Positions 45,936-47,813 of a stretch of 47,813 nucleotides of DNA are shown in pieces (within the stretch, counting starts at the first letter, position 1; every line of letters begins with the position of its first letter). Under the pieces are notes generated by a model, which searched no databases, was not told the origin of the DNA, and saw only the letters and a list, made by a program, of their open reading frames with translations. A program made the translations under genes and the position numbers. This DNA comes from a virus (lineage: Duplodnaviria > Caudoviricetes): positions 1 through 47,813 of the IMG/VR virus record IMGVR_UViG_3300037424_000492. One strand, written 5' to 3'.

Positions 45936-46077
45936 TTGACAATGAACCCTGGAAATGATAATATTAGTTTGTCACAGATACCAGCGGAGTTTTTATTTTC
46001 TAGACAAAACCGCGCTTTCCTGAAAACTCCCTAGTATCTGTGACAAGAGCTAGAAACAGGAAGGCGCGGCTTTGTTT
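45936..46077 (+). promoter_or_regulatory. Promoter plus antisense-loop/hairpin leader C
   Basis: TTGACA-17-TAATAT; TTGTCACAGATAC/GTATCTGTGACAA pair; hairpin 46004-46075. Confidence 0.75.
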
Positions 46078-46091
46078 ATAAGGAGTAGGCA

Positions 46092-46883
46092 ATGACGAAA
46101 CAACACCCAGAATATCCAACACAACAAACTATTTTCAGGGTAGAAAAAAGCAAAGATAACCCATTTGTTATGATGGACCGCCGCCCCCTCGAGAAACCAT
46201 ATCTTAGTTGGAAGGCAAAAGGCTTGCTTGCATATCTTCTCAGCCGTCCCGATAACTGGATTGTAAACTTTGGGGATTTAGTAAAACGCTCAACAGACGG
46301 CGAACATGCTACACGCGCGGCGGCTAAGGAATTAGAAGAGGCGGGACATCTAAAAGTAAAGAGACACACGGACAAAAAAGGCAGAGTTACAAAATATGAA
46401 TATGTCGTTTTGGAATATCCACTTTGCGGTTTTCCACAAGTGGATATTCCAAATGTGGATAATTGCCATATTAACGATACTGATTCTAACGATACTGATT
46501 CTAATAATATTAAAGGGGACGCTAACGCGCCAGCACCACAACCCTCGAAGCCATTGAAAGCAAACCAGATACCACAAATTATTCTCTTTAGAGAAGTTAC
46601 CGGAAAATACCCCCCAAAGGGCATTCAGTTCAAGGTGATTGTCTTAGTGGATAAAGTCGGTGATCGTCTGGGCCGAACGACAACCGCCGAAGATTTACGC
46701 CCATTTGTGGAGGAGTGGTTATCGCGCGGTTTCAATCCGATGTCAATCAAATGGCTTGAAGATTGGGCACTCTCTGGGAGCATTCCAGCCAACGGCCACA
46801 AGCCCGCCGAAAAGCCAAAAGGGATGACGGTAGCAGAGCAATGGCTTGCCAAAAAGAGAGCAGAGCAAAATGTCAATGCTTGA
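46092..46883 (+). CDS. Replication initiator with N-terminal winged HTH
   Basis: LSWKAKGLLAYLLSRPDNW...KELEEAGHL; internal repeats; followed by a G39P-like gene. Confidence 0.8.
   Translation: MTKQHPEYPTQQTIFRVEKSKDNPFVMMDRRPLEKPYLSWKAKGLLAYLLSRPDNWIVNFGDLVKRSTDGEHATRAAAKELEEAGHLKVKRHTDKKGRVTKYEYVVLEYPLCGFPQVDIPNVDNCHINDTDSNDTDSNNIKGDANAPAPQPSKPLKANQIPQIILFREVTGKYPPKGIQFKVIVLVDKVGDRLGRTTTAEDLRPFVEEWLSRGFNPMSIKWLEDWALSGSIPANGHKPAEKPKGMTVAEQWLAKKRAEQNVNA
46409..46505. other. Candidate replication origin inside the initiator gene
   Basis: 16-bp inverted repeat; DnaA-box matches at 46429-46437 and 46454-46462; tandem AACGATACTGATTCT x2. Confidence 0.6.
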
Positions 46884-47421
46884 AGATGTGGCCCAGATTG
46901 TAGCCGTTATTAGTGCGGCTTATCCAAATTTCAACCCGTCCGAACAAACGGTAGAAATATATTTTCAGTGCCTAAATGACATCCCGACTGAACTACTCAA
47001 GGCGGCAACGTTACAAGCCGTCAGCGAGGCGGGACGTAAATTCGCCCCATCTGTAGGGGAAATACGCGGCACAGTTGCTGAGATAAGGAGAAATATTGTG
47101 AACGTTCCAAGTAGCTATCAAGCATGGCAAGAAGTACAAACGCAGATCAATGACAACGGGGGTGAGTATGGCAAGCCTGTCTGGTCACACCCATTAGTTG
47201 AACAGACTGTAAACGCGTTAGGCTGGCGCAATTTGCGAATGAGCGAAAATTCAACGGCAGATCGCGCGCGGTTCCTCCAGGCTTACGATCAATTGCAGGA
47301 CAGGATGGAAAGAGAAGAGATGATGCTGCCTGCGGTGCGTGGATATATCGAAACGAATGGCGGGAAATTACTTTCCCCAATTGAAAGAATGAAACAACTA
47401 GTAGAAAGGCTAAAGTCATGA
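46870..47421 (+). CDS. Helicase loader/inhibitor (SPP1 G39P-like)
   Basis: ISAAYPNF...FAPSVGEIR...AWQEV...LGWRNL...RARFLQAY. Confidence 0.75.
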   Translation: MSMLEDVAQIVAVISAAYPNFNPSEQTVEIYFQCLNDIPTELLKAATLQAVSEAGRKFAPSVGEIRGTVAEIRRNIVNVPSSYQAWQEVQTQINDNGGEYGKPVWSHPLVEQTVNALGWRNLRMSENSTADRARFLQAYDQLQDRMEREEMMLPAVRGYIETNGGKLLSPIERMKQLVERLKS

Positions 47422-47813
47422 CTACCCCGCAAATATCACAACTCCAAAAGCAACTTACCACCCGCCGTACCCGTCTGGCATTACAGACAAAGATACTGGA
47501 CATCGCCGCATATGCCCTGGAATGGAGCAAGCTCGCCGCTGAATTCGAACAGGCAGGCTGGGTACACAACGCTGGTATTTGTAGTTCGAACGCGGCCCGT
47601 TATGGTGCGATGGACGCGGGCGCGTACCGCCGCTTGATGGAAGAGATACCTGTCACGCTGGAGAAAGATGAGAATATCAAAATGTATACCGTCTGCGATA
47701 CGTTTACAAAGCATGTAAGGCTAGACTCACCTGAGGGAGAATTCATTGGCTGGATGTGCGGCTGTGGTACGTTCGTGCCTGTCTTGACAACAGAGAAGGT
47801 GGCTATCTCATGA
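47418..47813 (+). CDS. Hypothetical protein
   Basis: 131-aa ORF, coupled across the circular junction. Confidence 0.65.
   Translation: MTTPQISQLQKQLTTRRTRLALQTKILDIAAYALEWSKLAAEFEQAGWVHNAGICSSNAARYGAMDAGAYRRLMEEIPVTLEKDENIKMYTVCDTFTKHVRLDSPEGEFIGWMCGCGTFVPVLTTEKVAIS
47697..47813. repeat. Terminal direct repeat, right copy
   Basis: Identical to bases 1-117. Confidence 0.97.

Overview
This window appears to be a complete, circularly assembled genome of a tailed dsDNA phage (siphovirus-like). The unit length is about 47,696 bp, because bases 1-117 recur exactly at 47697-47813. Minus-strand genes (about 40861 to 4730) comprise a regulator, a Cas4-like nuclease, a cluster of membrane proteins, an out-of-place fibre module, ParB/methyltransferase, TerS, PBSX-type TerL, portal, minor head protein, scaffold, Mu gpT-like capsid, neck genes, two paralogous tail tubes, a frameshifted chaperone, a short tape measure and tail tip proteins. 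Plus-strand genes (about 41549 through the junction to 4655) comprise nucleases, ParB-Dam, a replication initiator, a G39P-like protein, RusA and an SSB-like protein. I see no integrase, endolysin, polymerase or CRISPR array. The most striking feature is an array of four integron gene cassettes with attC-like sites (3745-4670) in a genome lacking an integron integrase. Each cassette's first bases are complementary to its own inverse core, as expected for cassettes inserted as circles. Other highlights: a ~650-nt structured non-coding region with a tRNA-like domain behind a palindromic bidirectional promoter; three promoter/antisense-loop/hairpin leaders of the same design; a ParB-MTase/radical-SAM module beside the terminase; and accessory genes bounded by short direct repeats. 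The host is tentatively Chloroflexota (Anaerolineae-like); this is inference only. All family calls come from reading motifs by eye, not from database searches.
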